A stretch of 64,000 nucleotides of DNA, taken from contig CAYGFS010000001.1 in NCBI GenBank assembly GCA_964349305.1, positions 15,209 to 79,208 of the forward strand. The letters run 5' to 3'. The DNA comes from an uncultured Pseudomonadales bacterium (GTDB taxonomy: Bacteria; Patescibacteriota; Microgenomatia; UBA1400; UBA12108). This document shows, piece by piece, positions 63,528 through 64,000 of this stretch. Under the pieces are notes generated by a model. That model was not told the DNA's origin, searched no databases, and was given only the letters and a program-made list of their open reading frames with translations. The translations under genes and the position numbers were made by a program. How positions within the stretch are numbered: the stretch's first letter is position 1; the number at the start of each line of letters is the position of its first letter.

Positions 63528-64000
63528 AGATATTTTGCCAAGATATTACTTAGTTCCTGCATCCTATGTGTATAGGTATGTTCCTTCAAAGTGCGCTCCT
63601 GACCTGCCTGAGCAATCGAAGTTCGCTTTGCTGGGTTTTCCAGGTAGTATTGTAGGCTCCCAATCAGGTCTTGGCTATCTTTGTAAGAAACCAGTTCTTT
63701 GCCGACTTTAAATAGCTTGGAGAGATTTGATTTAGTGTCGGTGATAAGCATGGCTTCCATCCCGGTTGATTCGTACAATCTCATGTTGTTGGCATTGTTA
63801 AGCGCAGAACTGATATGTCGATTAATGACTATTTTGCTGCTGGCGAGGATTTGATACATGTCCCTGCCCCAAGCTTCGCCGTGGTAATGCTTGCGCAAGG
63901 GGGAGCGTGGCGACAAAAATTCTAGACCCTGTCCCCAAACATGAATGGGTACGTGCCTCGCAACTGTTTCAAGAACCTTAGTCCCACTCAAGTGGTACGG
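63524..64000 (-). CDS. C-terminal part of a GT-B glycosyltransferase (CgeB/GT1-4-like C-domain); N-terminus beyond window end
   Basis: The frame stays open to the window edge. The C-terminal region resembles glycosyltransferase Glyco_trans_1_2-type domains. Confidence 0.45.
   Translation of the reverse strand, partial: PYHLSGTKVLETVARHVPIHVWGQGLEFLSPRSPLRKHYHGEAWGRDMYQILASSKIVINRHISSALNNANNMRLYESTGMEAMLITDTKSNLSKLFKVGKELVSYKDSQDLIGSLQYYLENPAKRTSIAQAGQERTLKEHTYTHRMQELSNILAKYL

Noticed and set aside
1-64000. Mobile elements, CRISPR arrays, tRNA/rRNA genes, integrases or transposases
   Set aside because: No ORF shows DDE-transposase, tyrosine or serine recombinase or Cas motifs. No cloverleaf-like tRNA candidates or rRNA-like stretches were noticed. 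The AT-rich spacers (40481-41021, 46873-47148) contain no recombinase genes.

Overview
64-kb window from a bacterial chromosome, about 50% GC, standard genetic code (genes end in TGA/TAA/TAG). Gene content and the near-absence of Shine-Dalgarno sequences fit a Patescibacteria/CPR-like or other monoderm lineage, but taxonomy cannot be fixed from sequence alone. Nearly all genes are on the minus strand, with two short plus-strand blocks at 38.2-41.0 kb and 51.35-54.46 kb. (1) 1-16.7 kb is an almost complete division/cell-wall (dcw) cluster: mraZ-rsmH-ftsL-ftsI-murE-(GlmU N-domain-like)-murC-murB-murA-dgkA-mraY-murI-murD-ftsW-murG-ftsQ-ftsA (ftsA truncated by the window edge). A sigma70-like promoter and MraZ-type GTGGG operator repeats lie upstream of mraZ. 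(2) 16.8-21.9 kb holds a possible RuvC/YqgF-like nuclease, a secreted/membrane protein, glycine-tRNA ligase, recO and a DUF4012-like membrane protein. (3) 21.9-64 kb is a very large cell-surface glycan/glycosylation locus. It contains an initiating polyprenyl-P sugar phosphotransferase, a Man-1-P guanylyltransferase, about 7 GT4, about 7 GT2 (two are DPM1-like polyprenyl-P glycosyltransferases) plus one other GT-A, several GT-C-type polytopic membrane proteins, a Wzx flippase, a Wzy/O-antigen-ligase-like protein, two DegT aminotransferases, cupin isomerases, three SAM methyltransferases, two acetyltransferases, GalE and a NUDIX hydrolase. No rRNA, tRNA, CRISPR, transposase or integrase was detected. 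The most unusual signal is short palindromic DNA elements inserted in-frame inside unrelated protein-coding genes. One is a 37-bp element encoding TPGVKGSHTPGV in murC and in a GT4 gene, with compensatory stem changes. The other is a 23-25-bp CCTGCAGG..CCTGCAGG-type element encoding LQGxxLQ in murC and two GT4 genes, plus degenerate remnants. Related paired 13-bp palindromes (AAGGNCNGNCCTT) sit at the murA/dgkA and murC/murB junctions. Together this resembles Rickettsia palindromic elements (RPE). Start codons are frequently preceded at 4-8 nt by TANAAT-like boxes (TAGAAT, TATAAT, TACAAT) instead of SD sequences, suggesting widespread leaderless or short-leader initiation.
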